Shown here: piece by piece, positions 1 to 12,120 of the stretch
Position numbering within the stretch: position 1 is the stretch's first letter
Layout of the letters: each line of letters begins with the position of its first letter
From: Antedon mediterranea
Lineage: Eukaryota; Animalia; Echinodermata
Assembly: GCF_964355755.1 (NCBI RefSeq)
Contig: NC_092675.1
Coordinates: 11,775,812-11,839,811, forward strand
Reading direction: 5' to 3'
Length of the DNA: 64,000 bases
Translations under genes and position numbers: made by a program
Notes under the pieces: generated by a model
Told to the model about the DNA's origin: nothing
What the model saw: only the letters and a program-made list of their open reading frames with translations
The model's database searches: none

Positions 1-449
1 TGGCTAGAACACCAATATTTAACCTTGCAGTTCTTTCAACGGCGAGCCAAGGACAATAGATGTGGTATCATGGGGTAAAATACTCACTGCTAATTTACAT
101 CGAGAGAGCATTGACCATCATCTTTAAAAGTTTACATGATAAGTCCTAGTATGTAATAATAACGTTGATTTATGAGAGAGTAGGAAAAAACACAGAGAAA
201 TATCTCTTTGAAACGAGAAAATCGAGACTAAAAAAGTTGTGCATGCTCACTCACCCACTGCTAGTTTACCACTTATTTTGAACATTAAACTAAAAGGTCA
301 CTTCATTTTTTAAATTGAAAGAATGGATTGACACAGTCATTGCATCGGACCTTGTGCAATGTGTTTTGCATGCAGTATTTTATTTATGTATTATAAAAAA
401 TGGAAAAAAGGGGGCCCTTGACACTCCCCAGCCTTGTGATGCTCGCATA

Positions 450-505
450 GCCCCCACGTCGGGTAATTTATCCCCCACGTCGGGTAATTTATCCCCCTCG
501 TCGGG
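450..505. repeat. short tandem repeat, 21-bp unit, ~2.5 copies
   Basis: cccccacgtcgggtaatttat repeated directly. Confidence 0.7.
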
Positions 506-534
506 AAGATCCTGGCCCCACAGCTTTATCTAGT

Positions 535-1789
535 ATACAGTACATAGTATACTGTATACATACTATATCAGTGTAGCATACAGTAAGTGAAATTATGGGA
601 CCCTCCTTTTATTCATTTTTTAACATAACATCATCAAAATAAAACAGATAGCAATAGCTGGAGATAGCAATTTCAAAAGAAAATTATTTGAGCAACAACA
701 TATTACTGTACATTTTGAAGAAAGTTGGATGTAGAATATAGATGCGCGCTCTTTTAAATGTGTTAAACAATGATGCAACAGCGACATTTTTTATTCAACT
801 GGCCATGTGATGATGTCACAACATCCAAAAGGCAAAATTTGAATTCATATCAACAATTCAACCGCTTCCAGAACACATTTTCATAACTTGTATCACATTT
901 CATTCGGAGGAGCTGTAATAACAGATTGAAATTTATAAATAAAGATGAAAATAAGTGTTTGTTAAAATTTGTTGACATGATGTCATTATCAAAATTTAAA
1001 TGGTTTTTACTCATGCGAACGATAATTGATTGAGCAAACAAATATTAAATCTAGGGGAAATTAATGTACGGATTGCAAGATATTTTTTTCATTCATGTGG
1101 CCATATGATGTCGTCACAACATCCCATAGGTAAACATTTTACGTTAATTCATATCTAAAACATATCTGCTTGCATAATAAGTTTATAAAAAGTAGGGGTC
1201 ACCATTGATGAACTATAATAGATTCAATATAAGTATGATTTTTTTTTCAACTAAAATGTCTAATTCAGCGTGTTCGTATAACATGAAATGGGTTCAATTT
1301 TTTTTAATTACTGGGAAAGACTACAGAAATATAATTTAATTGAAAAAACAAGATTTTTACATTCCGTGTACAAAAAATGCACGTGCGTGGGAATTTTTTA
1401 TATGTGTAAAATTTCATGAATCGTTGAAAGTTGATTGGAAATTAATTTTGCGAATTTTTAAGTTTTAAATGCACGTGTATGCGTAACTTTGTGTAAAACA
1501 CAGAAAGTTCACCCTTGATATGAATTAAAATTTTACCAAGTGATAATAAAAAATGGCTGTTAGTGTTTATTCTATGATCAATCATTTCAATCAATTCATT
1601 AAATCGTGTGTAAGTCATGTTGCACAATTCTGACGTCATTAAAAATAGGAATGCACAACTTCACGTAAATGTTGACAAAGCTATGAAATATTACGTTTGC
1701 ACATTTTAGATATACACAACCAACAAAAAAGGGACAGAAAGAAAAAATACTACAGAAAAAAAAATTATGATAAAATAACGAGGAGTTAT
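535..1789 (-). mobile_element. degenerate, truncated copy of the HINE/Helentron family in the opposite orientation
   Basis: The reverse complement gives family motifs (gataactcctcgttat head remnant, atttacgtgaagttgtgca, tgacgtcagaattgtgcaacatgacttac, gggtcccataatttcactt); both termini are incomplete. Confidence 0.8.
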
Positions 1790-1790
1790 C

Positions 1791-2798
1791 AAGTTGGAAT
1801 TTATTCTGACTTGTTAAGCCTCCACTGATTGTGAGGGCGTTTGTTGTATGAGAGAATGTACTGTATCTGGTGTGTGAAATTCTGTGAAAATACTATATAT
1901 GGCTCTGTGGTCTAGTGGTATGATACTCGCCCTGTAAGCGAGAGGTTGCTGGTTCGAATCCCGTCAGAGAAATTTTTTATACAACTAAAAAATATGGAAC
2001 TTTTGCCAATGAGCTATGCTCGACGCGATTATGAGATCATGTTCCGAATATGAGCACTGTTTCTATAATTTACAGTATGATTTATTTATTTATAATTTAC
2101 ACAGTGCTACGCAACACAATTGATTTACATAATACACAATATTATTTTAAAAACCGTTGCGAATTAAAGTTGGAATTTATTCTGACTTGTTAAGCCTCCA
2201 CTGATTGTGAGGGCGTTTGTTGTATGAGAGAATGTATCTGGTGGGTGAAAATTTATGAAAATACCATATATGGCTCTGTGGTCTAGTGGTATGATACTCG
2301 CCCTGTAAGTGAGAGCTTGCAGGTTCGAATCCGCCAGAGACATTTTTTATACAACTAAAAAATATGGAACTTTCGCTAATGAGCTACTGTATGCTCAACG
2401 CGATTATGAGAGCATGTTCCGAATATGAGCACTGTTTCTATAATTTACAGTATGATTTATATATAATTTACACAGTGCTACGCAACACAATTGATTTGCA
2501 TACACAATATTATTAAAAAAAACGTTGCGAATTAAATTTGGAATTTATTCTGACTTGTTAAGCCTCCACTGATTGTGAGGGCGTTTGTTGTATGAGAGAA
2601 TATATCTGGTGGGTGAAAATCTGTGAAAATACCATATATGGCTCTGTGGTCTAGTGGTATGCAGGTTCGAATCCCGCCAGAGACATTTTTTTATACAACT
2701 AAAAAATACCGAACTTTCGCCAATGAGCTATGCTCGACGCGATTATGAGATCATGTTCCGAATATGAGCACTGTTTCTATAATTTACAGTATGATTTA
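1791..2798 (+). repeat. tandem triplication of a ~370-bp unit, each carrying a tRNA-like sequence
   Basis: Unit start ttggaatttattctgacttgttaagcctcc recurs at ~1794, ~2170 and ~2538; the third unit ends at a Helitron insertion. Confidence 0.9.
1901..1972 (+). pseudogene. tRNA-like sequence (Pro-like body, TGT in the anticodon position); pseudogene or SINE head
   Basis: GGCTCTG-TGGTCTAGTGG (A box)-CTCGC cctgtaa GCGAG-GGTTCGAATCC (B box)-CAGAGA followed by a T-run; the acceptor stem end and U33 are defective. Further copies at 2272-2342 and 2640-2685 (anticodon arm deleted). Confidence 0.7.
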
Positions 2799-4119
2799 TC
2801 TATATATAAATTTACGTAAGGGCAAAATTCGGTAAATCGCGCCTTACTTCTATAATTTTTACTCGATGGTATATAAAGTTGGTTCGTACTTTCGGTACTG
2901 ATTTTAACCACCTGATGTAACCCTGTTTACTAATTAAATTAAGTTAGATAATAAGTTATTGACGGTTAAAACGAATTTAGGTTCCAAGATTTGCCCCAAA
3001 TAGGGGTGTTTTCCGACCGTGGTATACACTGTATAATGGATGTCCGTCTTGAAAAATACCCGCCACAAAAATGCGAGGAGGCTTCGCATTTTCCTATCTC
3101 CTCCTACGATAATTGTTTTTAATAGCTGAAAACCGGTTGAACAGCTAGAGTACACCATCATAATGTTGAAGACAGGCCGATTTTCTTTAAAAAATACTAT
3201 TTTGATAGATTTAATATACGATTATACAAATCTATTGATTTGCGATGAATGGAACATCCCAATCTCTCAGTCTGCCAGAGTTTGGTTTAACACAAGTACT
3301 GTAGGTAAATTTATGAGCCCTTGGTTTAACACATACGGTAGGTAAATATATGGGCCCTTTGAGAATAAACTTGCGAGATTGTGGATAGGCTCTACTGTTA
3401 GATATATAAACACATTATTATATACAAATAAACTTTATACTGACAGTTCTTTCTCAACGTTTGTATTAATTAATAATTACCAAATATAAACGTCGTAGTG
3501 GTGTATCGTGACATGGTACTTTAATATTTCAATCGATTATGACAGTGACAGTTTTAACTAAACTAAATAAAGAATGTTCTCTAATATAATTAGGAATCTC
3601 TTGCCATACACGGGGAAAATTAGTGTACAATGAATATTTAAAAGAAATAAATAAATAAATAAAATAAAAAAAGTATTAAATCGCAAATGTTTTACTGTAT
3701 TTAGAGGTATATTATTTATAGGCCTATAAAACATGAAAAAAATATTTCGTTACTGAGTGGATAAAGAATATATTAAAAATTGTTCCTCTTTGTACCTATC
3801 CGCTTTCCCATCCCTCAACCCTAATGTTACATACAAAACACAAATTGGGTTTCTTTAAATGAGTCCAAATCAAAAACTTGGACTCATTTTGTGATAAGTT
3901 TCTCCTTCGGAAGTAATTCCCAGGGTGCTAATTTTAGTTGACTACATAAATCATCGTGTCTATTTATTTGTTTCTGTAAACGACAATGTATAGGCCTATA
4001 GTCCTGCGGTACGTACATTTGAAATCGCCAGTTTTGTTACGCTGAAATTACTGTGTATTCGAGAACCATCTGTGGGAACGACCTAGATGGTACGCTCGCT
4101 TCGCTCGCGTACCATCTAG
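2799..4119 (+). mobile_element. non-autonomous Helitron1 (5' TC ... 3' CTAG, inserted between A and T)
   Basis: a|TCTATATATAAATTTACGTAAGGGC ... palindrome ... CATCTAG|t, no TSD; homologous copies at ~7895-8771 and 57105-60095. Confidence 0.85.
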
Positions 4120-4284
4120 TATAACTAATTAAGACATACAAACAATTACAAATAAGTAGAGGTTCTTTCCAGTTCCGAGCATCATACATCATTCTCCTAC
4201 TGTAGGTAGACCTGATAGATTGCTGATTAATCTATCATCATCTGAACTTTAATTAATAATATTTGTTTATATATTAATTCACAG

Positions 4285-4477
4285 GGGGAACGCAAAGGAG
4301 TAAACAAGTATTATCCTCCGGATTTTGATCCACAAAAGCACCAGAGCCTTGATAAGTATCATAACACTCATCCATTACGGGAGCGTGCTAAGAAGATACA
4401 CCTTGGTATTCTGGTCATTCGATATGAAATGCCATATAATGTCTGGTGTGAAGGCTGTGGTAAACATATTGGAATGG
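4285..4477 (+). CDS. CCDC130: CCDC130/YJU2B (CWC16-family splicing factor), first coding exon visible in the window; the start ATG lies in an upstream exon I could not locate
   Basis: After acceptor ttcacag| it translates GERKGVNKYYPPDFDPQKHQSLDKYHNTHPLRERAKKIHLGILVIRYEMPYNVWCEGCGKHIGMG, matching the recalled N-terminus of human CCDC130 (MGERKGVNKYYPPDF...EMPYNIWCDGC..HIGMG). Donor G|gtgtgt at 4478. Confidence 0.95.
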
Positions 4478-4581
4478 GTGTGTACAGTTTTATTTAAGCA
4501 TGTCTCGTGAAAATGGGTAACTTTATATATATTGATTGAGATATATTATTATTAGAAGAATAACAAAAATTTTTTTTATAG

Positions 4582-4785
4582 GAGTTCGATATAATGCTGA
4601 GAAGAAGAAGGTTGGTAATTATTACACCACACCCATCTACCAATTCAAGATGAAATGTCATTTATGCGATAACTATCTGGTGATGGAGACTGACCCAAAA
4701 AACTGTGAATACAAGTGCATTAGTGGTGTGCGAAGGAAGAATCAGAAATGGGATATGGAGGAAAATGAACAAATTGTACCAGAGG
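4582..4785 (+). CDS. CCDC130: CCDC130/YJU2B coding exon (second CxxC zinc-binding motif)
   Basis: Acceptor ttttatag|; reads (G)VRYNAEKKKVGNYYTTPIYQFKMKCHLCDNYLVMETDPKNCEYKCISGVRRKNQKWDMEENEQIVPE; donor G|gtgagt at 4786; phases compatible with both neighbours. Confidence 0.95.
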
Positions 4786-4981
4786 GTGAGTGAGTATGTT
4801 TTACATTTATTTCCATTACCTGTATAAGAAAAGTTGGTTCTATTAGGAGTACAGTTAAAAACATTTTAATGTTTTGTAAATCTTTTTTTTTTTATGGTTT
4901 AATGTGGACTTCTAGATTATTATTATACTATAAATTATTAATTGGTAATTTTTTTAATGAATACAAACATTGCTCAAACAG

Positions 4982-5154
4982 ACAAGGAAGAATTAAAGAA
5001 GAGAGCAGCAGATGCCATGAGCAATCTTGAACATGGTGTAAATGATAAGAAGAAGTCATCATTAGCGATGCCGACATTAGGACAACTGGCAGAAGCACAT
5101 TCAGGCTGGCATGATGACTACCAACGGAACGCGATGCTCCGTCAGACATTTAGA
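4982..5154 (+). CDS. CCDC130: CCDC130/YJU2B coding exon
   Basis: Acceptor aaacag|; reads (D)KEELKKRAADAMSNLEHGVNDKKKSSLAMPTLGQLAEAHSGWHDDYQRNAMLRQTFR (human ..DAMFRLEHG..LPTL..WKDDFALNSMLRRRFR); donor |gtaagt at 5155, phase 0. Confidence 0.93.
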
Positions 5155-5789
5155 GTAAGTGAATTTCTTACAGAAATAAAACTAAGGAAACAATTGTAAT
5201 GTATATCATATTAACATTTTATTTCTACATTAAAGAGAGAAATCTCAATCTTTCATAGAAGCTTTGAAAATGTCAATAGACTCAATAAAAGGAAATGATA
5301 AACCACAATGATGGTGAGTTATGTATAAATTGAAAAAAAAAAGAGTTATGCAGCGAGCAAACAGTCTAGTTTAATTGATATTGGAATCCTTCCTTTACCC
5401 ACAGTACTCACTGTACTGCAGAAAAAGAAACTCTTCCCTTTATCAAAGTTAAAATAAAGTTTCATTCAGCACAAATGATGGTGAAAACTCTTTCTTTATA
5501 AGGCGGTAAAAACATGTTTAAGATACTTGTCACCGGAAAAGATTTTTTAGAGCATTATGTTTAGATTATGTAGGAGTAGGTTGATTATTTAGCACATTAA
5601 GTGTTACATTATGGGATCAGGTTTATTTATTATTATTTATTCTTTATACTGGGTAGTCAAAGACTGTTCTCCCAGAGGGCCCAGTGTATAGTTAGTACTA
5701 TGATTACATAATACTATGATTACATAGTCCAAATGGCATGCGGTTATATTCAAATAATCCGAAAGGAGTAGTGAAACTGGTGAAATTAA

Positions 5790-7720
5790 ATCAATTGTGG
5801 TGAACTGGCGATAATCAACACACAACCTCAATGAACCATCTGGCTTATGGACAAGAACAATTGGTGAGGCAAACGGACTGGTACTCTGGAATAACGGCAT
5901 TCTTCAGCAACTTAATATGCTCTCGTACTTGTTCCAATTGGGATGGTGGTATGCGTCGATATGGTTGTTTGATTGGAGTGTCATCGGAAAGTTGGATATG
6001 GTGTTTTACTTTATCTGTATGGCCAAGATCTTCATAATTTTCAGCGAATATATCTGCATGCTTCAACAGAAAAGCTTTAGCTCATTCTTCGTCATTGGTT
6101 AGCCCAGTGTGCTGGTTAAAAACTTGTTCTTTACAGCTTGTTTCTAAAGATTGAAAGTATACTTCACTATTTAATATCTATACTGATTTTGTCTATACAC
6201 ACACTCCCATTGTCAACCATAACAATAGATTGAACTTTACCAACAGGTGTTCTTGGTTTATGACATATCACCTTATCAGAATAAGTGGAATGACTACTCT
6301 TTTGTTAGTCTGGGCTCCAGACGGAGTTTTTTCTTAATATTAGTAAAAATAAAAATATTTTTTGCACATATGGCGTTTCATACGTGTATTACTTGAGTTT
6401 GGATACTCCGTCTGGGGAAACACGCAAAAGTCACGTGGTTTGACACCAAGAATTCTTGGTGCATAGATTATCCGGTTGACTAGTTTCAGCTGCATACGAT
6501 TGGCTATTCACTCGTACACCGTTTTAATATTCATGTTTCAGAATTTCAAAGACTCAACAACTAAGAAGGTACGCATGCGCTATGTTACGTTTAGACAATG
6601 TGTATTTGGGTACATTAATGAAAGTTTCTGAAGGCTAGAAATGATTTTATACCGTATGCCTAGTAGTAGTCTGGTAAAATTTGATGGGATTTTTCCCAAG
6701 AAAACTCGTCTTGCTTCTCCGCAAATCAAACATTGAATGGATCATTTAATATTACGCGGAGATAATTTGATTTAATTCCCACCCAGACCCTGTCCTGTTC
6801 TGTGTAGTGGTGTAGCCCTATCTGTTGTGTGTGAATCCTGTTTTGTGCCGGTGGTGGTATGTAGGCCTACCTTAATTGGCGTTTTATTTGGCAGGTCATA
6901 CGTGCAAGTTGAGTAGGACCTACGAAGGAGGCCTAGGCTAAGGACTAAACAATTAATAAACAACTTGGCATTACGATTTCATATTTCAACAGTCTCGATC
7001 GTACATTCAGCACTGTACGTACTCGATCTTTTTCATTTTGAAACAAAATGATCATTGGTTGATTCGAAATCCATATTTACATACCGCCTGCCCCATATAG
7101 CCAAATACGGTATGATAAACCTGCGTCATTCTTATCGGATGTTTGCGGTCTGCAAATCGATTTCTATACGTGTTTCACAAGTCTGTATTTTCAGACAAAA
7201 ATCGCGGTCGAAATAAAAACAAATAAATAAAAAAAAAAGATAATACAGGCTTGGGGAAAGTCTACTCTTTTGTGTGTGTCAAGTTGTAATAGACCTTGAA
7301 TGGCTTGAGGCAGATTGATTAGTCGTTTGGTGAAATTAAGTTGCTTCTTCATGTCAGATGTAAAGTTTTTGATGACATTCATTCCCAATAACATTGGACA
7401 CCTGGTTGATGTCTTCACGACTAATATACCACAGTTTGAAATAACAATATTCCCTAGGTATTTAACTGCAAGCGTGATGTTTTCCAAAGTTTCGGATTTG
7501 GAGCATCTGGAATTCTACCCCACTTCTCTGAAAATTCCAATAAAACGAATGCATAATCCAAGGTGGATTGTCCTCTCTTCTGAATAGCATTGTAGATTTG
7601 TCTCATGATGGTGCTTAATAACATTCTCTTGAAATGTCCTCAGAATTCGCTCTGGATCATTTGCAACTCTTGGACAATGTTTATTTCCCTCCAAGCAAAA
7701 CAAATTTCTTGAATCCTCTA
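5790..7720 (-). pseudogene. degenerate Ty3/Gypsy pol remnant (protease region and RT N-terminus), split by an insertion at 6306-7264
   Basis: Frameshifted fragments DLGHTDKVKHHIQLSDDTPIKQPYRRIPP, SPFASPIVLVHKPDGSLRLCVDYRQ and the protease C-terminal motif LLGMNVI; RT is truncated before the YxDD motif; boundaries approximate. Confidence 0.8.
6306..7264. mobile_element. non-autonomous DNA transposon with TAG...CTA termini and a 9-bp TSD (AcademH-type)
   Basis: ctcttttgt|TAGTCTGGGCTCCAGAC ... GGAAAGTCTA|ctcttttgt (TSD 6297-6305 and 7265-7273), interrupting the Gypsy remnant. Confidence 0.7.
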
Positions 7721-7894
7721 AATGAGCTGCGACAAAAACTACTCACCAATAATCATTTAAACTGGCTAGAAACATACTATGGTATTGGAAAATGAATAAA
7801 ACAATGACAAAAATTAAAATATCCATAGCAACCGTTGCTATGCATTTTTTTACATTACAGATTTTACACAGAATTGTTCCATAAAAAGCACAAA

Positions 7895-8771
7895 AGTTTG
7901 AATCTCGGTACTGATTTAAACCACCAGATGTAACCCTGTTTACTAATTAAATTTAGTTAGATAATTAGTTATTGACAATTAAAACGAATTTAGGTTGAAC
8001 GATTTGCCCCAAATAGGGGTGTTTTCCGACTGTAGTATACACTGTCTAATGGATGTCCTCTTAAAAAATACCTGCACACAATAATACGAGGATGCTTCGC
8101 ATTTTCCTATCTCCTCCTACGATAATTGTTTTTAATAGCTGAAAACCGGTTGAACAGCTCGAGTACAGTATCATAATGTTGAAGACGGGCCGATTTAAAA
8201 AAAAAAAAACTATTTTGATAGATTTAATATACGTTTATACAAATGTATTGATTTGCGATGAATGGAACATTCTAATCTCTCAGACTCCCAGTTTGTAGGT
8301 AAATTTATGAGCCCTCCATGATTTAAAACAAGTAGGTAAATTTATGAGCCCTTTGAGAATAAACTTAAAACTGAGATATAGCATTGCAATACTTTGACAA
8401 TATTGTAAATACTGTACGTAATAACCATTTTATAATTAGTAATTATAAACAATATAAACGTTGTAGTGGTGTATCGTTACATGTACTTTACTATTTCAAT
8501 CGACTATAATAGGGACAGTTTTAGTTTTTTGGACTCATTTTAAGACAGTTTCGCCTTCGGAAGTAGGCCTAATTCCCAGTGTGCTAATTTTAGTTGACTA
8601 CATTAATCATCGTGTCTATTTATTCGTTTCTGAAAACGACAATGTATTTATAGTCCTGTGGTACGTACATTTGAAATCGCCACTTTTTTGACGCTGAAAT
8701 TACTGTGTATTCGAGAACCATCTTTGGACACGACCTAGATGGTATGCGAGCGAAGCGAGCGTACCATCTAG
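7895..8771 (+). mobile_element. second, 5'-truncated copy of the Helitron1 family
   Basis: Colinear with 2875-4119 apart from internal deletions; ends in the palindrome and CTAG|t. Confidence 0.85.
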
Positions 8772-9419
8772 TATATATAATAAGTATTTTTCTTTTTCAA
8801 TTTTTGAATTTAAACTATCTACTAGCATTGTTAAATATAGTTATGTTGAAAAAAAATAATTATGTAACAAAACGCATTTTCATTTCCATAGCAACAATAT
8901 AAAATTATACAAATTGTCCAGTTACTTTTCATTCCATAAGCAAAAATCATCTGATACTGGTATTTATAAGAAATGCCAAATAGGTTATCTAATGAATATA
9001 ATGTGAACTTTTTTGGTGTACAGTATAAGAAAATGTGTTTGCTATGTATATCGGGTTATCTCATTTGTACCTGAAATAAAATATATAGAATTAGGAGCTT
9101 TGCATATTATTTGCAGTTCGTAATCATTTTATGTTAAAAAGTATGTATGGAGACTGATGGTGATTAGATAAAAACATCCAAACCAAGTATCAAAACACCT
9201 TTTGTCTTCATAGCAACAAAGCAAATTTACCAGAATTATGTTTATTTTGAAAAAGAGCATAAGTCTGGTTCTACTCATGTTAGAGACTTGATTTTGGTAT
9301 CAACATTTTCAAAATACTAATATTTCTATAAGCTGTAACAAAGTATTTACTCGATAGGTTGCCAGGAAAACAATTATTGCCAGAAAACTGACTTTTTTAT
9401 GTAAAAATATGACTTTATT

Positions 9420-11640
9420 ATTCTTTTTTCGCCAAAACCATTTATTAATAATAATATTTTATACAAAAACAACTGTAGCTACAGTACAATAAATTAATCA
9501 TATCACACATTAAAAAATAAATATATACAATTTCATTAAATAATTTATATTTTTTCTTTCATTTATTTGGCATCTCAATACATAACATTAAAAATACATC
9601 AATAATATATATAATCACCTTAAATATTAAAATACATCAAAAAAGCAAATAAAAATGGCGGGATTAATGAAGTCTTACGATGCACGGGAAAACACATAAA
9701 GTCGTTTAAAGTAAAACAACTTAATTCCAATGTGGTCCCTAAAAAGATAGTAATTATAATTTTAACAAAACAAACATTATAAGACGGGGTTCATAAATAT
9801 ATAAGCATATAAGCAAAACATCTGATAAAATGGCACAATAATAATTTATCTATGTTTAATTTTGTAATATTGTTTCAATTCAGTTTTAAATTTAGATGTG
9901 TTGGAAATTTGTTTAATATAGTCAGGAAGGTTATTCCATTCTCTGATTGCATTAAAATAGAATGTATTACATTCTATGCCTTGGACTTTAGGTACAACAA
10001 AATTGAGTTTACTACCACGAGTGAAGTGACCATGTAAGTTATTAACTCTACGAAAGTTTTCGTTTAGGTATGAAGCACTTCTGCCCATAAATATCTTATG
10101 AACTTGGCTAATTTGCAAGAACTTTACTCGATATTTTACATTTAACAATCCATAATCGTCTAATTAATCAGCACCTATATGTCTTCTGGGTTCAACTCCT
10201 TTTATGAGTCTAACCATTTTGTTTTGAGCAATTTGTAGTTTTCTTTGGATAGCTTTACTGGTTCCACAGAACCAAGAAGATGCAGCATAATCAAAAACAC
10301 ATTGGATGAGAGCAGAGCATAATAGTTTACGATTCTTACAACTTAGTATCTTACGTTGGCGGTACATAAACTTAAGCCTATTATTAATTTTCTTAATGGT
10401 TTTACATGCATATTCAGAACACGTTAAATTTTGATCTATTTCAATACCCAGATACTTGACACAATTACTAGTGTTGATATTGTTACCATTTGTTGAGACA
10501 TTAAAATTGTTAACATTTTTAGTTTTTCTCTTAGAACCAAATAGTATACACTCTGTTTTATCCAGGTTAATTGTTAATTTATTGTCTACAAGCCAATCAC
10601 ACAAGGAGTCTAGTGTTGACCCTAGCTTCTTCGAAATAATATCTGGATTTCTGTGTGAATAAACAATTGCACTGTCATCAGCGTATAGAAGGAGTTTACA
10701 ATCAGGATCAATACAAGTTACCATGTCATTAACAAAACATAAGAACAAAAGGGGTCCAAGGATACTTCCTTGAGGAACCCCGCATGTAACAGTACAAGAT
10801 TGAGAGCAATGATCATCAACAGTTACTATTTGCTTTCTTATTGATAAGTAAGATTTGAACCATTCAATAGATCCAATACCCATTAATTTAAGCTTATTAC
10901 ATAAAATGTCATGATCTACAGTGTCAAATGCCTTCTTTAAATCGACCAACACCATACCCGAGAAATTTCCCTTAGAAGTTTGGGTTTTAAGGGAATCAAC
11001 TAAGTCTATCAAACATGTGTCAGTAGAGAAGGCAGCTCGAAATCCAGATTGATATTTATACAATACGTTGTTTTCAGTAAGGTATTTTTCGATTTGAATA
11101 AAAACAGCCTTCTCTAAAATTTTAGACATTGTACTGAGTATACTTATAGGGCGATAGTTTCCAATATCGGTTCTACTACCTTTTTTATAAAGAGGTATGA
11201 CCTTGGCCTTTTTCATGTCTTCTGGGACTGTACTGGTACTAATTGATAAATTAATTATGTAGGTAATGGGAACTTTTAGAATTTCAGCCCCATCTTTTAT
11301 GAAGCGGGGCGGTATCTTATCGACACCCGTGCTTTTTGTCGCATTAAGTTTGTTTAATTCACTATATATAAAGTCTTCGTCCACTGAGTTGAGCATAAAG
11401 TTATTACCACTAACGGTTCTATAGAAATCCTTAAGTTTGGACGACGTACAGTCATACACATTCTTAGGGGATGGAAGTTTACTGACCAAATTGGCTGCAA
11501 TAGTAGTAAAATATTCGTTGAAGCAAGAAGCAATTTTGGCTGGGTCGAAACATTTAGTACCATTGGGCAGGTCAATAACCGTTTTAGCACTATCCTTAGA
11601 TTTATTACTATAGCCTAGACCTTTAAACATTTTCCATAAC
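9420..11640 (-). mobile_element. 5'-truncated LINE of the L2/CR1 group (ORF2 RT plus AT-rich 3' UTR)
   Basis: RT ORF, C-terminal domain and a 3' UTR ending in aataaa/A-rich sequence near 9420-9447; the 5' side abuts the HINE pile. Confidence 0.85.
9846..11630 (-). pseudogene. LINE ORF2 reverse transcriptase, disrupted near 10160, endonuclease missing
   Basis: 488-aa ORF with NYRPISIL, QSGFR, DLKKAFDTVDH, GVPQGSILGPLLFL, YADD and YLGI motifs; the C-terminal part (..AIREWNNLP..) continues as a separate ORF at 9846-10148. Confidence 0.92.
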
Positions 11641-11642
11641 TT

Positions 11643-12120
11643 TTAGTTATCCGCAACGAAGTTGCAGGATAACTCCTAGTGATTGTACGAAATCATCATC
11701 ATCCTCTTTTTTTTAAGTTATCCGCTCATGGCGGATAACTCCTTGTAACTGTCCTGTTTCATCATCTTTTTTTTTTTTTTTTTTAGTTATCCGCAACGAA
11801 GTTGCAGGATAACTCCTTGTGATTGTACAAAATCAATATCTTTTTTTAGTTATCCGCTTAGTAGCGGATAACTCCTTGTGATTGTATTGGATCAATATTT
11901 TTCTTTTTAGTTATCCGCAACGAAGTTGCAGGATAACTCCTAGTGATTGTACGAAATCATCATCCTCTTTTTTTTTAGTTATCCGCATTCACGGATAACT
12001 CCTTGTAACTGTCCTGTTTCATCATCTTTTTTTTTTTTTTTCGGATAACCCTTGTTATTGTCACGTTTCTTTTTGGTTATCCGCACTTGGCGGATAACCC
12101 TTGTTATTGTAAATATCTTT
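11643..12120 (+). repeat. cluster of eight stacked HINE 5' hairpin heads separated by T-tracts
   Basis: The GTTATCCGC...GGATAAC stem recurs every ~35-70 bp with different loops; one head is partial. Confidence 0.9.

Noticed and set aside
61-80. ATG at ~70 as the CCDC130 start exon
   Set aside because: The expected ATG|gt phase-0 donor is absent (atgggg..); the start exon cannot be placed from sequence alone.
11643-12120. CRISPR-like array of palindromic repeats with variable spacers
   Set aside because: Eukaryotic intron, no cas genes, irregular spacing, and the spacers are the T-rich 5' ends of HINE elements that pair with downstream bodies.
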